In this document: one piece after another, positions 63,338-64,000 of the stretch | Numbering within the stretch: the stretch's first letter is position 1 | Layout of the letters: each line of letters begins with the position of its first letter | NCBI GenBank assembly: GCA_951406725.2 | Contig: OX597815.1 | Location: 70,060,001 to 70,124,000 of the forward strand | Length of the DNA: 64,000 bases | Direction of reading: 5' to 3' | Source: Octopus vulgaris | Lineage: Eukaryota | Program-made: the position numbers and the translations under genes | The notes under the pieces: generated by a model | Seen by the model: the letters and a program-made list of their open reading frames with translations, nothing else | Told to the model about the DNA's origin: nothing | Database searches by the model: none

Positions 63338-63707
63338 CAGTGTAGAAGATACTAGTAGTCACTGAAAAACACATAAATTCTGTTAACTTCAAATAAACAT
63401 TTATTATTTGGTGTCAATATTTTCATCACATAAGGCGACGAGCTGGCAGAATCATTATGTTCTGAGTTCAAATTCTGCTACAGTTGACTTTGCTTTCATC
63501 CTTTCAGGGTCAATAAAATAAGTACCCATTGAATGCTGGGGTTGATGTAATCAACTTATCCTCTCCCCCAAAACTACTGACCTTGTGCCAAAAATTTGAA
63601 ATTAATATTTTCATCACACCAAATGCAACCTAGTCACTGACAGTTCCACTGCAATTGGTTTGAGGTGAGGTTGTTAGTCAGTATATAACTATAATTATTA
63701 AGTGTAA

Positions 63708-63988
63708 CTTTATATCCAACTTAATGTGGATGTATTGTTAGAATGCTGATTACTGTGTTATTTGCCCAGAGAGGTCCTCTTATATTGATACATGGTGCAT
63801 CTGAGGAAGCACAATATGCTGAAATCACATGATCTGCTAGTTCTGGAATCCATCCCAGACAATTCTCATCTGCTGTAATATATGTGTGTGCTTTTACACA
63901 TCATGCATCTATATGAGAGGACCTCTCAAGGTGAATGACACACTAGTCATCATTCTAACAGTTTATCCATGTTAAGTTGGATATAAAG
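63708..63988. repeat. Inverted repeat/MITE with ~90-bp diverged arms
   Basis: ctttatatccaacttaa...gagaggtcctct and agaggacctctc...ttaagttggatataaag. Confidence 0.85.
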
Positions 63989-64000
63989 ATGTTAAGATGG

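Overview
Eukaryotic, AT-rich, microsatellite-dense animal genomic DNA. The SINE families and simple-repeat content resemble an octopus (coleoid cephalopod) genome; this is inference, not a database result. One host gene can be reconstructed by hand: a 10-exon, + strand MRPS27 (mitochondrial ribosomal protein mS27, PPR-type), CDS 36711..56877. All nine introns are GT-AG, phases are consistent, and the CDS totals 1488 nt = 495 aa. The rest is mostly transposon-derived: two Helitrons (one internally deleted copy with both termini), R4/Dong-type RLE LINE 3' ends in (TAA)n, three CR1-type LINEs (one with about 800 uninterrupted codons nested in a SINE), several RTE LINEs carrying a PHD-like finger, a decayed mariner, many tRNA-derived SINEs, and several MITE/foldback elements. 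The most interesting non-annotated signal is a set of minimal type I hammerhead-ribozyme motifs in Penelope-LTR-like repeats. These comprise one canonical motif (19481..19523, -), an inverted pair (22567..22814), a long-stem-II variant, and a repeated family with U at catalytic position A6. Most ORFs in the supplied track are microsatellite or antisense artefacts. Repeat boundaries were read by eye and are approximate unless termini are quoted.
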